NCBI GenBank assembly: GCA_000002445.1
Contig: CH464491.1
Coordinates: 992,001-1,056,000 of the forward strand
Direction: 5' to 3'
Length of the DNA: 64,000 nt
Source of the DNA: Trypanosoma brucei
Taxonomy: Eukaryota
The notes beneath the pieces are model-generated. The model did not search any database. It had not been told where the DNA came from and saw only the letters and a program-made list of their open reading frames with translations. Position numbers and translations under genes: made by a program. Numbering within the stretch: position 1 is the first letter of the stretch; the number at the start of each line of letters is the position of its first letter. Of the stretch, positions 45,043-55,130 are shown piece after piece.

Positions 45043-47658
45043 ATGTCCACGATCGAACGGGATACTCTCCCAAGCGATCCAACACCGCACCACTACAAAG
45101 TCAGTATTGTTCCTGACTTCGAAACGTTCAAGTTCACCGGTCATGTTGACATAAAGATAACCGCCGAAAAACCTCAACAGAAAATCACTCTCAACTATAG
45201 TGATTTAACGTTTGTGAAAGTAAGGGTTACGCCAGGGGGGAGTGCATCGGAAACAGAGGAACTTCCCGCGGAATCCATAAGCCTCGACAAAACCGGGATG
45301 AAGGCAACGTTTTCTTTGCACAAGGCATTTCAAGGAGAGGCAACACTCTCGATTGATTACACGGGAATCATAAATGACAAACTGGCAGGATTTTACAGGA
45401 GCAAATACACTGTTAACGGAAAGGAGTCGTATATGGGGACAACACAGTTTGAAGCTGTTGACGCACGCCAGGCAATCCCCTGCTGGGATGAGCCTGCAGT
45501 GAAAGCTGTGTTTGAAATAATTATAACTGCTCCTTCGCACCTAATGGTGCTATCCAACACTCCATCTTACAAGAAGGAGGTGGTTGATGATAAGACACGT
45601 TGGTTCTTTGAGCCCACGCCCAAAATGTCGACTTATCTTCTCGCGTGGACGATAGGTGTGTTCGAGTGTATTGAGAGGCGCATCCAGAAGGTACACAAAG
45701 GAGCAGGTGGTCAAACTGAAGAGACCATTATACGCGTGTTTACTCCTGAAGGTAAAAAGTCAAAAGCTTCTTTTGCTCTGGATGTGGCTTCTAAAGTGTT
45801 GCCATTGTATGAAGAGTTCTTCGGATCAAATTACGTGCTTCCAAAAGTTGACCTTTTGGCAATTCCTGACTTTGCCGCCGGGGCAATGGAAAATTGGGGG
45901 CTTATAACATATCGTGAAACAGCCCTACTATGTGATGCCGAATCAAGTGCGGCTCAGAGGTACTATGTCGCTCTAGTGGTTGCCCATGAACTGGCCCACC
46001 AGTGGTTTGGAAACCTCGTGACCATGCAATGGTGGAAGGAGCTCTGGCTTAACGAATCGTTTGCCACGTACATGGAGTACCGGGCGGTGGATAAGTTGTT
46101 CCCAGAGTGGCGTGTCTTCACGCAGTTCGTCCACGATGAGGTTGCTCGAGCCTTTCAACTGGATTCGATGCGTAGTTCCCATCCCGTTGAAGTGGATGTC
46201 AAATACGCTAAGGAGATCGACGACATTTTTGATGCCATTAGTTACAGCAAGGGTGGGAGCATCATTCGCATGGCAGTTAATTTCATCGGAGAGGAGGCAT
46301 TCCAAAAGGGAATGTCGGAGTATTTGAAGCACTTCGCCTATGGTAATGCAACAACGAAGGATCTGTGGAATTTTCTTGGAAATGCTGCAGGCAAACCCTT
46401 GGCCCCTATACTGGAGTACTGGACGGGGCGGCAAGGTTATCCTTACCTTATTGTTACGTCGTCACCTGACAAAAAGACTTTGAACATAACTCAAAAGCGC
46501 TTTCTAGCTACAGGTGACGTCACCGCCGACGAGGATGAAACAGTGTGGAAGGTACCTTTGCTTATCTCGACTCCGGAAGACGGGGTTCAGCGTTATATTC
46601 TTGAGAAACGGGAAAACCCAATACCGGTAAAGTATAACTCGTGGATAAAGGTAAACAGTGAGCAATCGGCCTTCTGCCGTGTCCACTATCAAGGCAACGG
46701 TTTGCTCGAAGGTTTGCTTCCCGCCATTGCTTCGAAGAACCTCTCTGATATAGACCGATTTTCTATTATTTCCGACTACCACGCCTTTGCTCGTGCCGGT
46801 TACTGCAGCACCGTCGACGTGCTCAAGATTCTTTCTTCTTATGTTGACGAAGACGATTATACTGTGTGGTGCTCCGTCGTTGGCTTTGAGAAAGAGATAC
46901 GGATGCTGGTGTCCAGCCAGGGTCGAAGTGCTGTTGATTCACTGAATGCTTTCTGTCGCAACTTGTACTCGAATGCCATGAAACGACTCGGCTACGCGCA
47001 GAAGCCTGGCGACGATAATCGTTTGACTCAACTGCGCAGCGTTCTCTTCGACAGACTCGTAACATCTGAGGATAAGGAGGCCGTTGCCTATGCTTGCAAG
47101 CTTTATGCGGAACGGCAAAAGGTGCCAATTCCTTCGGACTTGCGGTACACTGTGTACGCTACGCACGTTAAATTAAACGGCGAGCCCGCGTTTCAGGAGG
47201 TGAAGCAACTTGCTGAGGTTACTGTGGACGCGATGGAGCGGACTCATTACCTTCGTGCGCTTGCATCTTCCGAAGTTGATGGTGTGGTGAGTCAGCTCTT
47301 TCAATACTCTCTCTCCGAAAAAGTTCGGAGCCAGGACGTTTTGGCCATTCTTGGCGCACTGGCCAGCAACGCTGCGAGGGTTAAAGCATACGCCGAAGAA
47401 CTGAAGCAGATGTGGCCAAGGTTGGGGAAGGAGCTTCCCGGACTTATACTCGGGAGGGCGCTAAAATATTTGGAAAATGGTGCTGATGCAGCGGTGGCCG
47501 ATGAAATGGAACAGTTCTGGAGCCACCTTGCTGATGAAGCTAAATTCGGGATGACCCGCAGCTTCCAACAGGGTGTGGAGGGACTCCGCAACAACGCAAA
47601 ATGGGCGGCGCGAGACGTGAAGACTGTGGTCGAGTTTCTTTCGGTTGCAGCGTTATAG
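45043..47658 (+). CDS. M1-family metallo-aminopeptidase (puromycin-sensitive aminopeptidase-like); ORF 44995..47658, likely start Met 45043
   Basis: GAMEN exopeptidase motif AAGAMENWGLITYRE and zinc-binding HELAHQWFGNLVTMQWWKELWLNESFATY (HEXXH-18-E). Full ~870-aa M1 architecture. Confidence 0.9.
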   Translation: MSTIERDTLPSDPTPHHYKVSIVPDFETFKFTGHVDIKITAEKPQQKITLNYSDLTFVKVRVTPGGSASETEELPAESISLDKTGMKATFSLHKAFQGEATLSIDYTGIINDKLAGFYRSKYTVNGKESYMGTTQFEAVDARQAIPCWDEPAVKAVFEIIITAPSHLMVLSNTPSYKKEVVDDKTRWFFEPTPKMSTYLLAWTIGVFECIERRIQKVHKGAGGQTEETIIRVFTPEGKKSKASFALDVASKVLPLYEEFFGSNYVLPKVDLLAIPDFAAGAMENWGLITYRETALLCDAESSAAQRYYVALVVAHELAHQWFGNLVTMQWWKELWLNESFATYMEYRAVDKLFPEWRVFTQFVHDEVARAFQLDSMRSSHPVEVDVKYAKEIDDIFDAISYSKGGSIIRMAVNFIGEEAFQKGMSEYLKHFAYGNATTKDLWNFLGNAAGKPLAPILEYWTGRQGYPYLIVTSSPDKKTLNITQKRFLATGDVTADEDETVWKVPLLISTPEDGVQRYILEKRENPIPVKYNSWIKVNSEQSAFCRVHYQGNGLLEGLLPAIASKNLSDIDRFSIISDYHAFARAGYCSTVDVLKILSSYVDEDDYTVWCSVVGFEKEIRMLVSSQGRSAVDSLNAFCRNLYSNAMKRLGYAQKPGDDNRLTQLRSVLFDRLVTSEDKEAVAYACKLYAERQKVPIPSDLRYTVYATHVKLNGEPAFQEVKQLAEVTVDAMERTHYLRALASSEVDGVVSQLFQYSLSEKVRSQDVLAILGALASNAARVKAYAEELKQMWPRLGKELPGLILGRALKYLENGADAAVADEMEQFWSHLADEAKFGMTRSFQQGVEGLRNNAKWAARDVKTVVEFLSVAAL

Positions 47659-48223
47659 CTTTTCTTTCGCCTTCATATACGTTATTACCATTAGAATTGG
47701 CTGTTGCTAAATTAGTGGATGCAGCTGTTGGCTAAAATTAGGTGGGAAAATGAGTAAAAAACTTTAGGGATAGAAGTGAATGTAGTAAAAGGTGGCTCAA
47801 TCATGGGTAGGAAAGTAAAAACGAGTTGGATTTTGATGAAGGGGGAATATCGTCGAGGAATGGTCCATTCTTCCTCGTCGCGATGATTTCGTAGTGGGCA
47901 CGTGCCACAGTGCTTCTGGCGGGAGAGTGGGTTTGTCAGGAGGTGCGGCGATAAAGGAATAGTTGTATTGGGTGTATACACGTATACTTGCACACTTGTT
48001 TCACACCAACGCTTCATCACTTTTAGGTTGTCGACATTTTTTCGCTTTAGGTAAGTATCCATATTACCTTTAGTGTTCTGCTTTACCTGTGATGCTCATC
48101 TACACCTTGCATCCACTTTTCTGTCACTTCAGTGTGTTGGTACTGTGCTGACCTATATTTGTTTTACTTTGCCTCTCTGTTTGCAAACCTGGGGCGCTGG
48201 AGCGAAGAAATAGGGCGGAGGCG

Positions 48224-49537
48224 TTGACCATGACACACAACAGGAGCGGGGCTGTTCGAAGGAAAGTCGTTCAACACGACTTTTATGATTCAGCTGACCA
48301 GGTTGGTGGAGTGGTGTTGCTGAACAACCCTACCAACGGCTCCTGGGAATATGATGAGTACCTTCGGCTGCTCACAACCAAAAGGTACTCTCGTATTCCT
48401 TCGTGGGAAGCACATTCCACTGCGCAGTGCTACTTTGTCTGCGCTGACGGTGTATATCCTAAACTTCAGTCATACGTCAAGGAGCGGCAGGTGAGCCATC
48501 CGCATCTTCGGTTGTTTCAATTTTTTCCTCTATGTGATGCTGTCATCGGTGATATGGACTCTTATGTCACTTCTTACGAAAAGGATGGTTGTGAAAGGCC
48601 TTCATCAACTCCAGAGGGCGGTTACGGCACTGTGGACGATATCCCTGTTGAGGTACTGGACACGATCCATCACAGGTGCCGCTCTGCGGCCGCGCTTTTT
48701 CGGGAGGTGGATGGGAGTGTGCCGGACACGCCACTGAATGGATGGAAAATGTTGCATGAAGAGCATTCCCACCCGTTACTTCGTCCGCTTTGGCTGCATA
48801 TCCAGTGCCAGATTACGACGGACTTCAAAAAGGCGCTGACACTCCTGAAACGGCTGCGCAAGCGGTACCCTGACGAGAACGCTGTCGTGTTACCTCCTGT
48901 TCTGCGTTCACCTGGTGCCGCGCGTATACTGGAAACCGGTGGCGGTGTTGTGGACCAAAGAAACTGCGGGTGCGACAACGACCCGATCCAGGAGCGTGAG
49001 CTGTGCGTTGCGGCCAGCCAGGTTGAAGCATTACTTCTGCCCACCGTTGTCGCTGTCGGTGCCTTCGGTGGTCGCTTTGACCACGAGGTGGGAGCCATCT
49101 CTACGATGCTTTCTGAGAGTCATGATGCACATATAGTGCTTATAAATTTGTTTAATACGGTGTTTGCGTGTCAGGGAGGTGGGTGGACACAGATTGTGCG
49201 GCAACCCGAGTATGAAGACAAGACTTGCGGTCTTGTAAACTACGGAAGAATGACTGAGTGCGAGACGAGTGGTTTGCTCTGGAATGTTGTGAAGGGCAGG
49301 GGGAGGCCAAGTGTTACAAACGATTTCGTTTTCGACTTTGGGGCGTTTATTTCCGTCTGCAACATTGTTCGCCGCGAAGTTATAACGGTTGATTTGCGGT
49401 GCCTTTTAACGAGTGTGGGGGAGTCACCTGCGGATGCGACGACCGCTACAGGCGCTTCTGATTGCGAAGCGCAACGCGGTCGTGGCCCACCTGTAGTGTT
49501 CTCCATACTTCGGCGGCAAAAAAAGGAGGGGGGCTAG
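48224..49537 (+). CDS. Thiamine pyrophosphokinase-like protein
   Basis: VIGDMDSY (compare TPK GDFDS) and VAVGAFGGRFDHEVGAISTM (compare TPK LGGLGGRFDQ). At 437 aa it is longer than canonical TPK. Confidence 0.6.
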   Translation: MTMTHNRSGAVRRKVVQHDFYDSADQVGGVVLLNNPTNGSWEYDEYLRLLTTKRYSRIPSWEAHSTAQCYFVCADGVYPKLQSYVKERQVSHPHLRLFQFFPLCDAVIGDMDSYVTSYEKDGCERPSSTPEGGYGTVDDIPVEVLDTIHHRCRSAAALFREVDGSVPDTPLNGWKMLHEEHSHPLLRPLWLHIQCQITTDFKKALTLLKRLRKRYPDENAVVLPPVLRSPGAARILETGGGVVDQRNCGCDNDPIQERELCVAASQVEALLLPTVVAVGAFGGRFDHEVGAISTMLSESHDAHIVLINLFNTVFACQGGGWTQIVRQPEYEDKTCGLVNYGRMTECETSGLLWNVVKGRGRPSVTNDFVFDFGAFISVCNIVRREVITVDLRCLLTSVGESPADATTATGASDCEAQRGRGPPVVFSILRRQKKEGG

Positions 49538-49967
49538 GTGCGTGTTTTCTTTGAGCTCTATTCGTCCTTGTTTTATTTATTCATCGTTTTCCTTGTGTTT
49601 GGTTACCCTGCTGTACACGAGAGTCCCACCAACATTGTACTGATATTTCCATCTTTTTTAGCGTTTCATTCTTAAACGCACCGTTTCTGGAGTGCGTATC
49701 CACGGCAATATAAGAAAACTTCACGAGTGCTAATGGGTGATCCTATCGATGATTTATTGCACCATTTTTAACGGCCATTTATTCGGGTATTCTGATCTTT
49801 TCTGTAAGTGTGTAATCTACTGCTGTCAACCGTTCTTAGGTGATAACGTCTGCGATTGTCTTACAGTATACCCATGTACATTTACTTTCAACATTCCCTT
49901 GTATATGTGTTACGTGCCTGTGTATGCGACATCCATACCATACATAAAACAGAAAGGAACCTGAAAC

Positions 49968-50789
49968 ATGGCCAAGAAGCACCTAAAGCGCCTGTATGCC
50001 CCCAAGGACTGGATGCTGAGCAAACTCACTGGTGTGTTTGCCCCTCGTCCACGTGCTGGTCCCCACAAACTACGCGAGTGCCTTTCGCTTCTGATTATTA
50101 TTCGCAACCGGCTGAAGTATGCACTAAATGCCCTCGAAGCGCAGATGATCCTTCGTCAGGGACTCGTGTGTGTAGACGGCAAGCCCCGCAAGGATGGTAA
50201 GTACCCAGCCGGTTTCATGGACGTGGTGGAGATTCCCAAGACGGGCGACCGCTTCCGCATCCTATATGACGTGAAAGGACGCTTTGCGCTTGTCCGCGTG
50301 AGCGAGGCTGAGTCGAGCATCAAGATGATGAAGGTTGTCAACGTATACACCGGCACGGGACGCATTCCTGTTGCTGTGACACACGACGGCCACCGGATTC
50401 GCTATCCCGACCCCCGTACGAGCCGTGGAGACACTTTGGTGTATGACGTGAAAGAAAAAAAGGTTTTGGACCTAATCAAGATTGGCAACGGCAAGGTTGT
50501 GATGGTGACAGGTGGTGCCAACCGTGGTCGTATTGGAGAAATTGTGTCCATTGAACGTCACCCTGGCGCCTTCGACATCGCCCGCCTCAAGGATGCGTCT
50601 GGTCACGAATTCGCAACTCGTGCCACAAACATTTTTGTGATTGGCAAGGACATGTCGAGTGTTCCAGTTACGTTACCTAAGCAACAGGGTTTGCGTATCA
50701 ACGTGATTCAGGAGCGTGAGGAAAAACTCATAGCCGCCGAAACACGCAGAACAACTCAGGCGCACAGCAAGCGAAAGACTAAGGTGTAA
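49968..50789 (+). CDS. RPS4: 40S ribosomal protein S4, copy 1
   Basis: 273 aa, MAKKHLKRLYAPKDWMLSKLTGVFAPRPRAGPHKLRE... is a canonical eukaryotic RPS4 N-terminus, with KOW-like and S4 domains. Confidence 0.95.
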   Translation: MAKKHLKRLYAPKDWMLSKLTGVFAPRPRAGPHKLRECLSLLIIIRNRLKYALNALEAQMILRQGLVCVDGKPRKDGKYPAGFMDVVEIPKTGDRFRILYDVKGRFALVRVSEAESSIKMMKVVNVYTGTGRIPVAVTHDGHRIRYPDPRTSRGDTLVYDVKEKKVLDLIKIGNGKVVMVTGGANRGRIGEIVSIERHPGAFDIARLKDASGHEFATRATNIFVIGKDMSSVPVTLPKQQGLRINVIQEREEKLIAAETRRTTQAHSKRKTKV

Positions 50790-51037
50790 GTTGGTCTCTT
50801 TCTGCTGACTTTTTTTTTTACGAAGAAGCAAGGATTTTGGTTCCATTCATACTAATTTATTTTACGTTTTATAATCTATTGATTTATGTTGATCGAGACC
50901 CGTCACTATCACTAACATCAGCAAGGCAAGTGTGCACACTTGCAGTTCCCCCTTGTCGATAGTGTATAAAAGATACGCATTTCCTCCCCCGAAAACAATG
51001 TCTTCCGTTTAAAAAGTGGTTTGTTTAGCCGTCCCCA

Positions 51038-51859
51038 ATGGCCAAGAAGCACCTAAAGCGCCTGTATGCCCCCAAGGACTGGATGCTGAGCAAACTCACT
51101 GGTGTGTTTGCCCCTCGTCCACGTGCTGGTCCCCACAAACTACGCGAGTGCCTTTCGCTTCTGATTATTATTCGCAACCGGCTGAAGTATGCACTAAATG
51201 CCCTCGAAGCGCAGATGATCCTTCGTCAGGGACTCGTGTGTGTAGACGGCAAGCCCCGCAAGGATGGTAAGTACCCAGCCGGTTTCATGGACGTGGTGGA
51301 GATTCCCAAGACTGGCGACCGCTTCCGCATCCTATATGACGTGAAAGGACGCTTTGCGCTTGTCCGCGTGAGCGAGGCTGAGTCGAGCATCAAGATGATG
51401 AAGGTTGTCAACGTATACACCGGCACGGGACGCATTCCTGTTGCTGTGACACACGACGGCCACCGGATTCGCTATCCCGACCCCCGTACGAGCCGTGGAG
51501 ACACTTTGGTGTATGACGTGAAAGAAAAAAAGGTTTTGGACCTAATCAAGATTGGCAACGGCAAGGTTGTGATGGTGACAGGTGGTGCCAACCGTGGTCG
51601 TATTGGAGAAATTGTGTCCATTGAACGTCACCCTGGCGCCTTCGACATCGCCCGCCTCAAGGATGCGTCTGGTCACGAATTCGCAACTCGTGCCACAAAC
51701 ATTTTTGTGATTGGCAAGGACATGTCGAGTGTTCCAGTTACGTTACCTAAGCAACAGGGTTTGCGTATCAACGTGATTCAGGAGCGTGAGGAAAAACTCA
51801 TAGCCGCCGAAACACGAAGAACAACTCAGGCGCACAGCAAGCGAAAGACTAAGGTGTAA
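51038..51859 (+). CDS. RPS4: 40S ribosomal protein S4, copy 2 (identical protein)
   Basis: Encoded protein is 100% identical to copy 1, with 2 synonymous nt differences. The flanks are unrelated. Confidence 0.95.
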   Translation: MAKKHLKRLYAPKDWMLSKLTGVFAPRPRAGPHKLRECLSLLIIIRNRLKYALNALEAQMILRQGLVCVDGKPRKDGKYPAGFMDVVEIPKTGDRFRILYDVKGRFALVRVSEAESSIKMMKVVNVYTGTGRIPVAVTHDGHRIRYPDPRTSRGDTLVYDVKEKKVLDLIKIGNGKVVMVTGGANRGRIGEIVSIERHPGAFDIARLKDASGHEFATRATNIFVIGKDMSSVPVTLPKQQGLRINVIQEREEKLIAAETRRTTQAHSKRKTKV

Positions 51860-51980
51860 CGGCTAAATTCACATACAGTTACTTTCATTCTTTACACACC
51901 ACCTTGATCAACTGCACATATTAAATACTTGCCTGTAAAATGAGCAGTATCATCCCCACTTAAGGAAACTGTAAGCTTAG

Positions 51981-52008
51981 TCACTTCCCTCCTTTCTCTT
52001 TCTTTTTG
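51981..52008 (+). promoter_or_regulatory. Polypyrimidine tract plus downstream AG: probable trans-splice acceptor of transporter gene (repeated in each unit at 54960.. and 57932..)
   Basis: tcacttccctcctttctctttctttttgt followed by an AG (gaAGgttaaAG) lies about 130 nt upstream of the ATG and is conserved in all three units. Confidence 0.45.
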
Positions 52009-52151
52009 TACGAAGGTTAAAGCCACAAGACTCTCTTACTGAACTCAGGCAAGTGAACAACACCGCACTAAACCAGAATCGCATAAGTTACATCCACTAT
52101 CCATCCACTCGGGTTTAACTGAATTGCATCGCTGGATACCTTTCGTGTGCA

Positions 52152-53459
52152 ATGGCTCTTGGATTTTCCTCTGCGGGGGAAGTGTACATGTACGCAACAT
52201 GCATCCTTCTTGGAGTGTCCCTTCTAATGCCCCTTAACGCTCTCGTTTCCGCACCGCGCTTTATGGTGGACTACTACAAGTACGTATCTGGTAAAGAGGA
52301 TGCCGAACCGAACCTTCCCTTTTTCTGGAAGAATATTTTCACGTTCTACAATGTTGTATCGCTTGCGTCGCAGGTGATTGCTGGACCGACCGTTCTAACT
52401 CGTGCAGCCCGTCGACTTTCATTATCTGTGCGCTTTGCCCTTTCCATCACGTTGATGATGTCGGAGGTATTTGTAGTTCTCATGATGCCTGTGATCAAGG
52501 TACCTCAAACAGTTGCCATTGTTCTTCTCTGCCTTGTGACAATATTTGCAGGTATTGGGAAATCATACCATGAGGCGACGTGCTACGTTCTGGTGGCGTC
52601 GATGCCATCTAAGTTCATGTCTGCTGTTATGTTTGGAGTGTCACTATGCGGTGTAATAACGTCCACACTACAGTGCATCATCAAGGCATCGATGGAAGAT
52701 ACCTATGAGTCCGTGCTGACGCAGTCATACATTTATTTTTCACTTGGTCTACTGATAATGGCGGGTACACTTGCGATGGCTCTCTGTCTACGATATAATT
52801 CCTACGCGCAGGAGCACGTTGCTGAGTACCGTATGCTCAAACTACAAGAACAAGGAGTAGATGCTGAGTCTCAAAATGATGAGAATGAACCCGTGGCTGA
52901 AGGTAAAGGTGAAGGTGAAGGTAAGAGTGAGGGTGCCATGACGACAGCAGAGCAACTGACGGCAACTGCTGTTATGCCCGTAGCGAGGATAATCCGTATG
53001 ATGTTAGTGACAGTCTTCTGCGGCTTCTTCCTCACCTTATTTATCTTCCCCAGTCTTATTATTCCCATCGATCGTGACCACAATTGGTTTGCGACAATTG
53101 CCATTCTGCTATACAACTGTGGGGATGCTATTGGACGTTTCTCCACCTCGTTCAAGTGCGTTTGGCCGCCCCGCCGTGCTCTGCTGTACGCCACCTTCGC
53201 CCGCTTCATTTTTGTTCTGCCCTTCATGTTATGCATTTACCAATACATCCCTGGCCATGTCGGTCCGTATATCTTCTCGTTTCTCCTTGGCCTGACCAAC
53301 TGTGTGGGTGCCATGTCGATGGTGTATGGCCCAATAACCCCTGGTCTTGAGACTGCGGGTCAGAAATTGATGGCTGGACAGTTGATGGGGATTTCGCTGC
53401 TTTCTGGAATTGCCGCTGCATCTGTGCTTGCGATGATTGTGGTTGTCTTCCTACCATGA
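52152..53459 (+). CDS. Equilibrative nucleoside/nucleobase transporter (ENT family), copy 1; resembles T. brucei NT8-type purine nucleobase transporters
   Basis: 435 aa with ~11 predicted TM helices and the ENT N-terminal pattern (EVYMYATCILLGVSLLMPLNALVSAPRFMVDYY). There is a charged EG-repeat cytoplasmic loop between TM6 and TM7. Confidence 0.88.
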   Translation: MALGFSSAGEVYMYATCILLGVSLLMPLNALVSAPRFMVDYYKYVSGKEDAEPNLPFFWKNIFTFYNVVSLASQVIAGPTVLTRAARRLSLSVRFALSITLMMSEVFVVLMMPVIKVPQTVAIVLLCLVTIFAGIGKSYHEATCYVLVASMPSKFMSAVMFGVSLCGVITSTLQCIIKASMEDTYESVLTQSYIYFSLGLLIMAGTLAMALCLRYNSYAQEHVAEYRMLKLQEQGVDAESQNDENEPVAEGKGEGEGKSEGAMTTAEQLTATAVMPVARIIRMMLVTVFCGFFLTLFIFPSLIIPIDRDHNWFATIAILLYNCGDAIGRFSTSFKCVWPPRRALLYATFARFIFVLPFMLCIYQYIPGHVGPYIFSFLLGLTNCVGAMSMVYGPITPGLETAGQKLMAGQLMGISLLSGIAAASVLAMIVVVFLP

Positions 53460-53567
53460 GTACGCTTAATGGAGGAGCCGCCTCTCACTAACACCACTTT
53501 GTTAGTACGTGACGTGTTTTAAGTGATGGAGCATCGTTGATGTTTTATCAAAGATACTATCTTAACT

Positions 53568-53568
<1 letters not shown>

Positions 53569-53598
<30 letters not shown>
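53569..53598. repeat. (TA)15 microsatellite in transporter intergenic region (11 repeats in unit 2 at 56549-56570, absent in unit 3)
   Basis: Direct reading of tatatata...; repeat count differs between array units. Confidence 0.9.
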
Positions 53599-53602
<4 letters not shown>

Positions 53603-55130
53603 TAGTTTATATCTTTTTTACATTAACAAGATTATTTTATTTTAATTATTTATTTTTTTTTGATTTTCCTTTAACTGAAGGCATGTGCGGGTAAGGCAGC
53701 ATAAACTATTTTGGACTGCCTCAGTACGCTAGCCCCTTTATAACATACGTTTTTGTTTATTTTTTTTGTCTTAGGACTGCTTCCCCGCTACTGGGTATGT
53801 TGAGGGAAAAAACGTCAGACACTTTCTCTCGGCACCTGGTGCGGTGTGTCCGGCATTTACTTCCCTTCCTTTTTTTTTATGATGCACATTACGTTGCCTG
53901 CTGAAGATATTGTTTGGAGCAATGTGCTTGTGGTGTTTGGGTGTACTGAAATTTGTGGTGAGACGGTGCGACTCTTGTGTGGTTAAGTAAAGGAATGTGA
54001 ACTGATTGTACGATATGCCACTGGTGTCGCTACCATTCACTGTCAACGAGCTTCAACCATTATTAGTGGTGTGATTTTAGTGGATATAAATAAGAAATAA
54101 ATTCCTAGTGTGTGTTTTCTCCCGTTTCCTCCTTCTTTCATGTAGGCCAACTTTAGTGCGTATGTACGGAGGTATAATATTAGTGTTTAGTAATTTCTGC
54201 GTAAATACCTGCGGTTTCCTTGTTTGCAGCAACACGTTACCTTTCAACTATAGACCTCCGTTGCGTGCTACAATCGTTATTTGTGTATTATAATTATCTA
54301 TTTTAAAAAAATTTTCTATATATATATATATATGTTTGTTTGTTGTATAACTTCGGGGAAGCGCTGTTTTGTAAGGCTGTGTTAGGAAATCTATATTACT
54401 GGTAACAGTAGTAATAAATGGGAGATCGTCTAATTTGTGTGCGTCACGGGGTTTAATGATTATTGTGATGTGCGGTTGTATTGCTGTTATTTTCTGCATC
54501 TGATATGCTTTAGGTTTAAGTACTCAATACCTTCTCCATCCATATAGATATTGTTTCCTTCTCTTTCTCCTTTTCTTTCCTTTCTTATATCTTATTCCTA
54601 CTGCCCCATTGCGATAGTGATAGCGTCAAGTTTATGTATGTTGTTGTAGTTGTACTTGCCGCGCTGCTTCGAAGCTGTTGGCTCACCAATGGTTTTACTG
54701 GATATGGTGTTCCGAAGTTTTTGGAGGACCTATTGCATATGTCCATGTTGCTGTACCGTTGTGTTTGCCTTTCGATGAACTCCCGTGGATTTGCGTGCTC
54801 GTGTTTTTGCTTTTTGCTTCTGTTATGTGGTAATGGCGGATGTGTATACGATGGCGATATCCACATATATGTGATAAGGATGGTGCAGAACCGCAACCAC
54901 TAAATACTTGCCTGTAAAATGAGCAGTATCATCCCCACTTAAGGAAACTGTAAGCTTAGTCACTTCCCTCCTTTCTCTTTCTTTTTGTACGAAGGTTAAA
55001 GCCACAAGACTCTCTTACTGAACTCAGGCAAGTGAACAACACCGCACTAAACCAGAATCGCATAAGTTACATCCACTATCCATCCACTCGGGTTTAACTG
55101 AATTGCATCGCTGGATACCTTTCGTGTGCA

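Noticed and set aside
49856-50200. 114-aa ORF overlapping the RPS4 5' end in another frame (duplicated at 51016..51270)
   Set aside because: It is an out-of-frame overlap of a highly conserved ribosomal protein CDS, duplicated only because the CDS is duplicated. No independent support.
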